From: Candidatus Lustribacter sp.
Lineage (GTDB): Bacteria > Vulcanimicrobiota > Vulcanimicrobiia > Vulcanimicrobiales > Vulcanimicrobiaceae
Assembly: GCA_965277805.1 (NCBI GenBank)
Contig: OZ255842.1
Span: forward strand, 3,776,001 to 3,840,000
DNA length: 64,000 bases
Direction of reading: 5' to 3'
The translations under genes were made by a program, and so were the position numbers. Of this stretch, positions 8,749-17,380 are shown in pieces (the stretch's first letter is position 1; every line of letters begins with the position of its first letter). The notes below the pieces were generated by a model that did not search any database, was not told where the DNA came from, and saw only the letters and a list, made by a program, of their open reading frames with translations.

Positions 8749-9617
8749 GCGCCGGTGAGGAAGGCGGTTACGACGCGGTCGTGTTCTTCGGGCTTTTCCC
8801 ATTGGGGCCAGTGGGCGGCGTCGTTGATGCAGTAGTGGGCGGAGCCCGGGATCAGCGAGGCGAGGCGTTCGCCGGCATCGGCGCCGGCGCCGGGGTTTTT
8901 GTCGGACCACAGCGCGAACGCGGGGACTTTCATCGCGCCGAGTTCGTCTTCTTCGATCACATTGGGTGCGTAGCGGCCGCCGAAGCTCGCGCCGAAGACT
9001 TTCGCCAACGACGCGTTGGTGTCGGGGCGCGAGTAGATCGCGGTGCGCAGGTCGATCAGTTCGTCGGTCACGCGGTCGGGATAGGCCATGAGCCACTCGA
9101 GGCGCTTCTTGATCGTTTCACGCGTGGGGTTCGCGATCGCCGCGAGCGAGCGGTCGCGCAGCGCATTACGGCCGGCGTTTTCGTCGACCTTCACCTTGTC
9201 GCGATTCCAGTAAATGCCGGCCGTGGTGTTGAGGATGACTTTTTCGACGCGTTCGGGATGATGCAGCGCGGTCCAGCAGGCGACCCAGCCGCCGAGCGAT
9301 TCGCCCTCGATGAAGCCTTTCTGCACGCCGAGATCGTCGAAGATGTCGAGCACTTGGCGCGAGAACACCGGCACCATTTCCGGCGTGAATTCCGGCTTCG
9401 ACGACAGGCCGTGCCACACGAGGTCGATCGCGATCGCGTGGAAGTGCTCGCCGAGGCGCTGCATGTTACGCGCGTAGGCTTCGGCATGGCCGCCCACGCC
9501 GTGGATCAGAATCAGCTTCTTCGGGTTGTGCGCGCCGGTTTCGATCGTGCGCGTTTTAAACTCGCGCCCGCGATAGCGTACTTCAGCACCCAGGAGATCC
9601 AACCACAGCGTGTTCAT
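8715..9617 (-). CDS. Alpha/beta hydrolase, MhpC/BphD-like (meta-cleavage product hydrolase family)
   Basis: IHGVGG, GESLGG, AAHWPQWEKP; AAAGGA RBS before ATG 9617. Confidence 0.8.
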   Translation of the reverse strand: MNTLWLDLLGAEVRYRGREFKTRTIETGAHNPKKLILIHGVGGHAEAYARNMQRLGEHFHAIAIDLVWHGLSSKPEFTPEMVPVFSRQVLDIFDDLGVQKGFIEGESLGGWVACWTALHHPERVEKVILNTTAGIYWNRDKVKVDENAGRNALRDRSLAAIANPTRETIKKRLEWLMAYPDRVTDELIDLRTAIYSRPDTNASLAKVFGASFGGRYAPNVIEEDELGAMKVPAFALWSDKNPGAGADAGERLASLIPGSAHYCINDAAHWPQWEKPEEHDRVVTAFLTGAVIPSAAPVGA

Positions 9618-9630
9618 CGAGCGATCCTTT

Positions 9631-12405
9631 CTAGTCGAGGCTCCGGACGATCGTCGCGCACGGCGCGCAGAGCGTCGGGTGCTCGGCGTCACTGCCGAGC
9701 GGGAGATACTTCCAGCAGCGCTCGCACTTTTCACCGGCTGCGGGCATCACCTTCACCGCACTGCCCCCATCGGCCGACGCTTCGAGCGAACGCAGCGACG
9801 AGACGACCAATGCCTCGCGCAAGCTATCGCCGAGGGCCTGGAACGCACTCAAGTGGGCGGCCGGCACGGTGACCTCGGCGTCGAGTTGGAAGTCGCGCAA
9901 GCCTTCGGCGGCGGCAACCTGCGCGCGCAGGGCACGTACCTGATCCCACAGCTCCAGCGCCGGGATGTCGACGGCGCCGAGCTTCGGGAAGTCGACATCG
10001 AAGATGCTCTCGGTACCGCCACGCAAGCCGGCCGGTAGCGACTGCCACGCTTCTTCCGCCGTGAACGAGAGGATCGGTGCGGTCAAGACCGCGACCGTGC
10101 GGAAGATCTCCAACACGGCCGACTGCGCGCTGCGGCGACGCGCCGAATCGGGTGCGCTCGTGTAGAGCCGGTCCTTCAGCGCGTCGACGTAAAACGCCGA
10201 GAGGTCGTCGCCGTCGAAACGCTGCAGTGCCAGATACGCGTCGTGCAGGCGAAACTCGCGGTACGCGACGACGATGTCGCGCGCGACCGCATCGAGCTTC
10301 GCGAGTACGAGTTGGTCGAGCGGTTCCATCGCGGCGCGCGGCACGACGGCTTCCGGCGCTAGGTCGTCGACCGAACCGAGATACCAGCGAAAGCGGTTGC
10401 GCAAATTGCGGTAGACGTTGGCGACGTTCTCGAGCAGTTTCGCCCCGAGGCGCACGTCGGCGGTGTATTCCACCGACGCGACCCATAAGCGCAACACGTC
10501 GGCGCCGTACTTCTGCATGCCGTCGACCGCGCCGATGTAGTTGCCGGCCGATTTGTGCATCGCGCGGCCGTCCTGATCGACGACCCAGCCCGTCGCGACG
10601 ACTTGCTTGTACGGCGGATGACCTTTGGTCGCAACCATGGTGACGAGGCTCGAGCGGAACCAGCCGCGATACTGATCGCCGCCTTCCAGATAGACGTCGG
10701 CCGGCCACGGCATGCCGCGATCTTCGAGCACGGCGCGATGTGTGACGCCTGACTCGAACCAGATGTCGACGATGTTCATCTCTTTGGTGAACGTCGTGCC
10801 CGCGCACTTGGGACAGGCGAAGCCCGGCGGCAGGAACGCTTCGGCGGGATCGGTCCACCATACGCGTGCGCCCTCGTGGCGGAAACGCTCGGCCACGTTG
10901 CGCGCGACCGCCGGATCGAGGATCGACTCTTGGCACGCATTGCAAACCATTGCCGGGATCGGCGTGCCCCACGTGCGCTGACGCGAGAGACACCACTCCG
11001 GATGATTCTCGATCATCTGCGTCATACGTTCTTCGCCCCAGCCGGGCGTGAACGTCACCTCGGGCAACTGCTCGACGATGCGCCGGCGCAAGTTGTTGCC
11101 GTCCATCGCGATGAACCACTGCGCGGTCGCGCGGAACACGACCGGATTCTTGCAGCGCCAGCAGTGCGGATAGGAGTGCTCGTACGATTCGGCTGCAATC
11201 AGGCGTCCCGACACGCGCAGATCCTCGATGATTTGCTTCTGCGCCTTGAAGATGAACTGGCCCGCGTACGGACCCGCCTCGGCGGTGAACTTGCCCGCGC
11301 CGTCGACCGGGTTGAGCACCGGCAGACCGTACTTCACGCCGGTTAGGAAGTCGTCGGTACCGTGACCGGGCGCGGTGTGCACGGCGCCGGTACCGGTTTC
11401 CAGCTCGACGTAATCGGCCGTCACGACGACCGAATCGCGGTCGAGGAATGGATGGCGCACGCTCGCACCGGCGAGTTTGTCGCCTTCGGTCATCCCGCGC
11501 AGCACGCCGTTGCGCGCGCCGCTGATGCGCTCGATGAGCGGCGCAGCGAGCGCTTCCGCAACGACGATATCTTCGTTTCCGACACGATAGAGCGCGTATT
11601 CCGCATCGGGCTTGATCGCGATCGCGACGTTGGCGGGCAGCGTCCACGGCGTGGTCGTCCAGATCGCGATCGACAGCGGTACGTCTTCATCCGCCACGCC
11701 GAAGCGCTTCGAGATGTCGGCGCGCTGCGCGGCGGTTGCGGGAAAACGTACGTAGATCGAATCGGAAACGTGATCGTGATACTCGATCTCGGCTTCCGCG
11801 AGTGCCGTTTCGTCGTGCACGCACCACAACGTCGCGCGCAAGCCTTTGTAGAGCTGCTTCGCATCGGCCAGGTCGGCCAGCACGTCGACGATCGCGCCCT
11901 CGAAGCGCGGCTTGATCGTCATGTACGGATCGTCGTAGTGACCGAGCACGCCCATGCGCAGGATCGCGTCGCGCTGACGATCGAGCCAGTAGAGCGCGCG
12001 CTCTTGGCACTTCTCGCGCAGCTCGAGCGGATCGACGTGATGGAAGTCGAGCTTGAGGTGTTTGAGCGTTTCGAGTTCGATCGGCAGCCCGTGCATGTCC
12101 CAGCCGGGGACGAAATCCGCGTACTTGCCGTCGAGCAAGTTGATCTTGACGAAGGCGTCCTTCAGAACGCGGTTGAGGAAATGCCCCATGTGCAGGTCGC
12201 CGTTGGCGTACGGCGGCCCGTCATGCAGGATGAACGGCGGATTTCCGGCGTTCTTCGCCAGGCGCTTGCGGTAGGTGTCGTGCTCGGCCCACCAGCGGAC
12301 GCGATCCGGCTCCCGCTTGGGCAGCTCCGCGCGCATCGGAAAGTCGGTTTTCGGCAGGTTGAGGGTCGCGCGGTAGTCGCGCCGCGGCGTTTCGGTCTCG
12401 GGCAT
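9631..12405 (-). CDS. ileS: Isoleucine--tRNA ligase (type 1)
   Basis: TLNLPKTDFPMRA, HDGPPYANGDLHMGH, WTTTPWTLP, GTGAVHTAPGHG, EGGDQYRGWF, C-terminal CERCW..CAPC zinc site. Confidence 0.98.
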   Translation of the reverse strand: MPETETPRRDYRATLNLPKTDFPMRAELPKREPDRVRWWAEHDTYRKRLAKNAGNPPFILHDGPPYANGDLHMGHFLNRVLKDAFVKINLLDGKYADFVPGWDMHGLPIELETLKHLKLDFHHVDPLELREKCQERALYWLDRQRDAILRMGVLGHYDDPYMTIKPRFEGAIVDVLADLADAKQLYKGLRATLWCVHDETALAEAEIEYHDHVSDSIYVRFPATAAQRADISKRFGVADEDVPLSIAIWTTTPWTLPANVAIAIKPDAEYALYRVGNEDIVVAEALAAPLIERISGARNGVLRGMTEGDKLAGASVRHPFLDRDSVVVTADYVELETGTGAVHTAPGHGTDDFLTGVKYGLPVLNPVDGAGKFTAEAGPYAGQFIFKAQKQIIEDLRVSGRLIAAESYEHSYPHCWRCKNPVVFRATAQWFIAMDGNNLRRRIVEQLPEVTFTPGWGEERMTQMIENHPEWCLSRQRTWGTPIPAMVCNACQESILDPAVARNVAERFRHEGARVWWTDPAEAFLPPGFACPKCAGTTFTKEMNIVDIWFESGVTHRAVLEDRGMPWPADVYLEGGDQYRGWFRSSLVTMVATKGHPPYKQVVATGWVVDQDGRAMHKSAGNYIGAVDGMQKYGADVLRLWVASVEYTADVRLGAKLLENVANVYRNLRNRFRWYLGSVDDLAPEAVVPRAAMEPLDQLVLAKLDAVARDIVVAYREFRLHDAYLALQRFDGDDLSAFYVDALKDRLYTSAPDSARRRSAQSAVLEIFRTVAVLTAPILSFTAEEAWQSLPAGLRGGTESIFDVDFPKLGAVDIPALELWDQVRALRAQVAAAEGLRDFQLDAEVTVPAAHLSAFQALGDSLREALVVSSLRSLEASADGGSAVKVMPAAGEKCERCWKYLPLGSDAEHPTLCAPCATIVRSLD

Positions 12406-12461
12406 GGAACGGGCTGGTTTCGACGCAGTACCTTGGTTCGCATCCGGCGCATAGGTCGGGC

Positions 12462-13403
12462 ATGAACCGACTGGAAGCGCTCGCACTTACCGGCGGCCTC
12501 CTTGCCGCAAGCGCGCGAGCGGCTTCCGCGCAGACACTCCCGGTCGTGCGCGTCATGTGCACCCCGACCGATTCGTTCGGCGAAGCCTACTACGCCCAAG
12601 ACATGGGCTTCTTCACGCGACGTAACATCAGCGTCGAGTTCAACGGGAGCAGCGGCGGCGCGATCGCGATCAACGCGCTAGCCGGAAACAGCGCCGACGT
12701 CGGTGTGGCCAATCCGCTCTCGATCGCGCAAGCCTACACCAAGGGGATTCCGATCTCGATCATTGCCGGCGGGGGACTCTACACGACGGCCTCGCCGGCG
12801 ACACTGCTCCTCGTTCCCAAAGACTCGACCGCGCGCACGCCAAAGGATCTCGAGGGCAAGACAATCGGGCTACCCGGACTCGGCGATCAGTTGCAAGCGG
12901 CCACGACGGTGTGGCTTCAGAAAAACGGGGTCGACCCGGCCAAGGTGAAGTTCATCGAAGTCAACCCCGGGCCGTTGATCCGCAACGCGCTCGAACGCGG
13001 GCGCGTGGATGCCGCGACCGCACCCGAACCGACGTTAACGGAGTCGGTGCAAGAGGGTGCGCGCGTGTTCGGCGACCCCTTCGCCGCGCTCGCGCCGCGG
13101 TTTTTCATCGGCGTCTGGATCGCGCGCAACGACTGGATCAAGGCAAATCCCGATGTGGCCCGGCGCTTTGCCAACGCGATCTATGATGCCGGCAAGTGGG
13201 CGAACGCGCATCCGAGCGATTCGGCAGCGATCTTAGCGAAGTACGCGAAGGGCGATGCCGCCGTGTTTCGCACGATGCACCGCGCGACGTATCCGTCATC
13301 CCTCGATCCGAAGTTGCTCGCGCCGCCGATCGACGCCGGATTTCACACCGGCTTATTACCGGCCGCGGTCAACGCTGCGGATCTGGTGGCGAAGGGCTTC
13401 TAA
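12462..13403 (+). CDS. ABC substrate-binding protein, NMT1/THI5/SsuA family
   Basis: Degenerate Tat-like leader, YYAQDMGFF, DLEGKTIG, GRVDAA. Confidence 0.85.
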   Translation: MNRLEALALTGGLLAASARAASAQTLPVVRVMCTPTDSFGEAYYAQDMGFFTRRNISVEFNGSSGGAIAINALAGNSADVGVANPLSIAQAYTKGIPISIIAGGGLYTTASPATLLLVPKDSTARTPKDLEGKTIGLPGLGDQLQAATTVWLQKNGVDPAKVKFIEVNPGPLIRNALERGRVDAATAPEPTLTESVQEGARVFGDPFAALAPRFFIGVWIARNDWIKANPDVARRFANAIYDAGKWANAHPSDSAAILAKYAKGDAAVFRTMHRATYPSSLDPKLLAPPIDAGFHTGLLPAAVNAADLVAKGF

Positions 13404-13405
13404 CC

Positions 13406-13434
13406 GGCGGTCCCTCGACAGGCTCGGGACGACA
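13406..13434 (-). repeat. TGTC-tagged REP-like repeat, copy 3
   Basis: Minus strand TGTCGTCCCGAGCCTGTCGAGGGACCGCC; fills the 31-bp gap between two convergent stop codons. Confidence 0.85.
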
Positions 13435-14364
13435 TTATGCGAGTTGGGTTTCGTAGTCGCGGGCGCGTTCGGCGATGATGTCGGCGAGTAGGGGGAGTTC
13501 GATGACCCAGAACGTGCCGCCCTCGCTCGAGGTGATCTCACCCACGTGCGCGCCGGCTTGGATCCACATGTGCGTGCCGCGGTCTTCCGTCATGCCGCCG
13601 AGCCACGTCTTGCCGTCGTACCTGATCGAGCCTTCGATCAGATAGCGGATCTCCGCATCTTCCTCAACGCGCGCCGGGATGACCGCACCCGGCAGCAGAC
13701 GCGTTTGGCGAATGCCCGAGCGGCGCACGCCGAAGGTGCCCAAGTACTTGTGTTCGACGCCCGGGATCTTGCGATCGGGTACCCACTGCGCGTTCTCCGG
13801 CAACATCACGATCGGCGCTGAAAAACGCGGCTTCGGAAAGTCGATCTTCTGACCCGTGAGATGCTCGACGCACGCAGCGTGGCTATCTTTCGTAATGACC
13901 TTCCCATTGGGCAACGTGCGGCGATAAATGCCGCCTTCGAAGACACCGCCCTCGGCTTCCAACTCCGCCTGTGCGCGATGCAGATCGCGGTGCTTCAGAT
14001 ACGGCAGTCCGGTGGCGCCTTGAAACTGAAACGTGAGCCCGGTGCAGGGCGCCGTTTGCAGCTGCGGGCCATATGAGACGCCTTCCGGATAAAAACCGCA
14101 CTCACCGGCTTTGACGTAGCCGTCTTTGATCTCGCGCGCGCCTTCGAACGCTAAGCGAAACTGATCGAATGTGTGCTTGTGCCGAGGCGTGCCGTAACCC
14201 GTATCGTAGTAGGCCCACGAAATCTCCATGCCGACGCCCTCGACGCCACTCTCGAGCGGCAGGGGCTTGCTCCGCATCCCGCCCTCGCGCCCGATGCCGG
14301 CCTTGCGCGACGGCAGATCACCAATCGAGACGATCGTTACTGAAGGTTCCATGAATAATTCCAT
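13435..14364 (-). CDS. Hypothetical bicupin-like protein
   Basis: TPRHKHTFDQFR and GFYPEGVSYGPQ cupin-like motif, plus a second beta-rich half. Start 14364 or 14352. Confidence 0.65.
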   Translation of the reverse strand: MELFMEPSVTIVSIGDLPSRKAGIGREGGMRSKPLPLESGVEGVGMEISWAYYDTGYGTPRHKHTFDQFRLAFEGAREIKDGYVKAGECGFYPEGVSYGPQLQTAPCTGLTFQFQGATGLPYLKHRDLHRAQAELEAEGGVFEGGIYRRTLPNGKVITKDSHAACVEHLTGQKIDFPKPRFSAPIVMLPENAQWVPDRKIPGVEHKYLGTFGVRRSGIRQTRLLPGAVIPARVEEDAEIRYLIEGSIRYDGKTWLGGMTEDRGTHMWIQAGAHVGEITSSEGGTFWVIELPLLADIIAERARDYETQLA

Positions 14365-14371
14365 TCTTCGT

Positions 14372-15445
14372 TTACGAGACGCTGCCGACGGCGCGGGGGT
14401 CGGCAGCGGCGAGGTCTTTAAAGTCGAAGGTGCATGATTTTCCCGGTTGCGGGGGGACGCCGGGGCCGTCGAAGTGTTCGAATTCTTTGGGAACGTTGCG
14501 AAAGTTCTTGCCGGCGGGCCAGAGGCGGATGAAGCGGCGGATGCGTTCGGGTTCGGGATAGTTCGTGAAGCCGGCGCGGGCGTGCATGACCGTGTAGTTG
14601 TCGATCACGAGCATGTCGCCGCGTTCGAGATCGAATTCCAGGCGGAACTCCGGCATGCGCGCGACTTCGTCGAACAGGTCGAGCGCGTGGATGTCGTCCT
14701 CGCCGAGCGGGACACCGTTCGCGCGATGACCGGCCGCGATGCCGGTGCGCTGGTAATGCACGGAGACCTGACCGTCCACGTTCGCAAACACCGGAACGCG
14801 ATAGCGCGTCACCGGCGGCGCGCCGTCGGCTTCTTCACCAAGCAAGTGATAGTAGTAACCGCCGTACAACAGCGCCAGCGCATGCGGGTCGCGGCGCGCG
14901 ATCTCGTCGTGAATGCTGATGCCGCTGCCGATCGTCGAGCGGCCGCCCGTCATCGCTTTGTGCCAGCACGCGAGCGCGAGCATGTCGGTGATGTCGGTGT
15001 GCAAGCGCAACTCGACGTTGCTGCGATACATGCGCGGCGTCGGATCGACCGCCGTCGCGTCGACCACCTCGGTAATGCGTTCGCCCGACGCGTTCTGCGA
15101 GAGCATCTCGCCGCCGAAGTAACGACCGATGCCCCACACGGCGGCGCGAAACTCATCGAGCGTGAACGCGTCGTCCAGCGGCAGGCCACGCAGGATCGTG
15201 AAGCCGAGTCCGGAGCGCACGGCGTCGTAGGCGGAATCGAGCTTCGCCGCCAGCGGGCCGAACGCGAATTCTTCTTTCGCCAGCTCATCGATCGGCGCAG
15301 CGAGCCGGCCGCGCTCGCGCAGGGTGCGCATCGCGCCGGCGATCTCTTGCCGGTCGGCTGGGGTCAACTGCACGACGTACCGGCCCGCCTCGCTTCCGAG
15401 CGAATTGCGGGTCCAGGCCGCCGGATCGCGTGTGAACGTGCTCAT
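14372..15445 (-). CDS. TauD/TfdA family Fe(II)/2-oxoglutarate dioxygenase
   Basis: GFTILRGLP, LHTD (HxD), LERGDMLVIDNYTVMHAR, RRFIRLW. Confidence 0.9.
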   Translation of the reverse strand: MSTFTRDPAAWTRNSLGSEAGRYVVQLTPADRQEIAGAMRTLRERGRLAAPIDELAKEEFAFGPLAAKLDSAYDAVRSGLGFTILRGLPLDDAFTLDEFRAAVWGIGRYFGGEMLSQNASGERITEVVDATAVDPTPRMYRSNVELRLHTDITDMLALACWHKAMTGGRSTIGSGISIHDEIARRDPHALALLYGGYYYHLLGEEADGAPPVTRYRVPVFANVDGQVSVHYQRTGIAAGHRANGVPLGEDDIHALDLFDEVARMPEFRLEFDLERGDMLVIDNYTVMHARAGFTNYPEPERIRRFIRLWPAGKNFRNVPKEFEHFDGPGVPPQPGKSCTFDFKDLAAADPRAVGSVS

Positions 15446-15595
15446 CTTCCCCCGGCTACTATCACGCCGGAGCAGGAGCGACCTTCGTGGAGAAAATTAC
15501 CACTCAAGGAGGGCGCCGCTTGAGCAGGCACTGAGCCGAAGCAGAGGCAAATCACACTTTTCACCTGCTGACCGATTACGAGGAACATCGCCAAG

Positions 15596-16606
15596 ATGGC
15601 GAACCCGCGATTCCAAACGAACGGTGTCGATCTACTGATCGACAGCCTTTCCGCTGCCGGTGAAGCCGCCGGTGACATTCGCGAGCGGCTGTGGCAAGTC
15701 GCGTGGGCGCGCGGCTACCAGGATGTCGTCGTTCCGATCCCCGTCCCCGACGTCAAGATCGAGGGCTTTTGCGTTCTCGTCCGGCGCTTCTCGGCGCAGC
15801 ACACGCTGGTGTGCGTCGACGACGGCGAGCAACTCGTCGGCCTCGTCGATCGCATCGACGAACCGCCGCTGGGCGCCAAAGTCCGCATGCAGCCGCTCTA
15901 CGGAGCGGCCGCGCATTGGGGGTTCAAGGTCCTCGCGACGCTCGGCTGCGGGCTGACGATTCGTTTCGACGACGAGCACGTCGAGTCGGGCTGGGTCGAC
16001 CGCCTCAAGAATTCCCTGAGCGAGATCCGCGAGCGCGAAGTCGCCCTGCGGCGCCAGATCGAAATCGATCGCAGCAACATCGTCTTCGTCCTTCCGCCGG
16101 CGCCGTTTCGCGTCGAAATGGAGCGGGCCGACAAAGAAATTCGGGATCGCGTCACCGGCGGCGGTTACACCGACGAGGAAGCGAGAGCGCTCGCCCGGGC
16201 CAAGAACAATCAGGCCGAGGTCGCCAAGGTGATCGCGGCGCGCGACAAGCGGCTGGTCGACGCCTACCGCATCGAAGTGACGCAGTTCCGCGCCCAGATC
16301 CCCGAACTGCGCGCCGAGTACGACAAGAAGATGGAAGCCTACGCGGAGTTCCGCAAGCAGATCGATCGCTGCAACGAGACCGACGGTGCGAGCCGTTCGA
16401 TCACCGATGCGAGCCTACGGGCGACGCAGCAGCTCGAGACGATCGAACAAGCCGTGCTCAACGTCCACGCCAAGGATCTCGACCGGATCGAAGAAAATCC
16501 GCGCGCTCACTTCTCCGAGATCATACAGACCATCGATCTGCTGTTCGAACTCCTACCGAAGAAACTTCAGAAACAGGGCGCTGCGGCAGCATCGGGCGCA
16601 AAGTAA
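15596..16606 (+). CDS. Hypothetical protein, beta-rich N-terminus and long coiled-coil C-terminus
   Basis: Host-like codon usage, GAGGA RBS, E/K/R/Q-rich helical second half; no family recognised. Confidence 0.75.
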   Translation: MANPRFQTNGVDLLIDSLSAAGEAAGDIRERLWQVAWARGYQDVVVPIPVPDVKIEGFCVLVRRFSAQHTLVCVDDGEQLVGLVDRIDEPPLGAKVRMQPLYGAAAHWGFKVLATLGCGLTIRFDDEHVESGWVDRLKNSLSEIREREVALRRQIEIDRSNIVFVLPPAPFRVEMERADKEIRDRVTGGGYTDEEARALARAKNNQAEVAKVIAARDKRLVDAYRIEVTQFRAQIPELRAEYDKKMEAYAEFRKQIDRCNETDGASRSITDASLRATQQLETIEQAVLNVHAKDLDRIEENPRAHFSEIIQTIDLLFELLPKKLQKQGAAAASGAK

Positions 16607-17336
16607 CGACCACCGGCGCCCGCCGCAAAGCCCGGTACTGCACCCAGCTCGTGCGGACCAGGAACCCCGCCAGCACCACGTACCAGGCGAACTGCCAGGT
16701 CCGGGTCACGGCCACGGCGATCAGCCCGCCGGCCGCAAAACAGAATCCGAAGCCGATGCCGACCAGGGCCGCCGTCGCCGTGGCCCCGTCGCGATTGCCG
16801 CGCAGCTGCCAGAGCAGCGCGCGTAACACGCGTCCGCCGTCCATCGGGTAGCCCGGGATCAGGTTGAACCCCGCCAGCACGGCATTGGCGAACGTGACAT
16901 AGGCCAAGATCGACGCGGCCGCGTCGGTGAAGCGGAGCGGGACAACCGCATCGACGCCGTGCATCGCGGCAAAGGCGGCTAGCGCGATGGCCGCGCTCAT
17001 CGCCGGACCGGCCAGCGCGACGGCGGCATCGGCGAGCGGGGTCGGCGGTTCGGCTTCGAGCGTTGCAACGCCGCCGAAGAGAAAGAGCGCGATCGAGGTC
17101 GTCCGCACGCCGAACCGGCGCGCGGTAAGCGCGTGCGCCAGCTCGTGCGCGACGACGCTGGCAAAGAGCACGAGCGCTGCAGCGGCGCCGACGGCATAGG
17201 CACCGGCAGCGCCGAGCGCACCGATCGGCGCGGCGTTGGCAATCGTTACCGCCACCAGCGCATAGATCGGAAACCACGACGCGTGAACGTCGAGACGAAT
17301 GCCAAACAGACGACCGATCGGAAATGCGCGAGACAT
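16521..17336 (-). CDS. Site-2 protease (peptidase M50, SpoIVFB-like)
   Basis: HELAH zinc motif, LFLFGGVA, AGP, FNLIPGYPMDGGR; multiple TM helices. Confidence 0.92.
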   Translation of the reverse strand: MSRAFPIGRLFGIRLDVHASWFPIYALVAVTIANAAPIGALGAAGAYAVGAAAALVLFASVVAHELAHALTARRFGVRTTSIALFLFGGVATLEAEPPTPLADAAVALAGPAMSAAIALAAFAAMHGVDAVVPLRFTDAAASILAYVTFANAVLAGFNLIPGYPMDGGRVLRALLWQLRGNRDGATATAALVGIGFGFCFAAGGLIAVAVTRTWQFAWYVVLAGFLVRTSWVQYRALRRAPVVVTLRPMLPQRPVSEVSSVGVRTADRWSV

Positions 17337-17380
17337 CGTTTACGTCACGTTCGAGCACACGTGGCGCGAGCGCCTGCGAC

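Noticed and set aside
12406-12461. T-box leader for ileS
   Set aside because: Only 56 bp separate ileS from the divergent gene, and no T-box motif or terminator is visible.
15480-15575. Possible glycine riboswitch (GGAGA...CCGAAG...GCAA) with stems CTCAAG/CTTGAG and AGCAGG/CCTGCT; also AAGGAGG before a 4-codon TTG ORF
   Set aside because: Lacks the CUCUCAGG-type 3' element and correct spacing, and the downstream gene is not glycine-related. A structured leader cannot be excluded, but support is weak.
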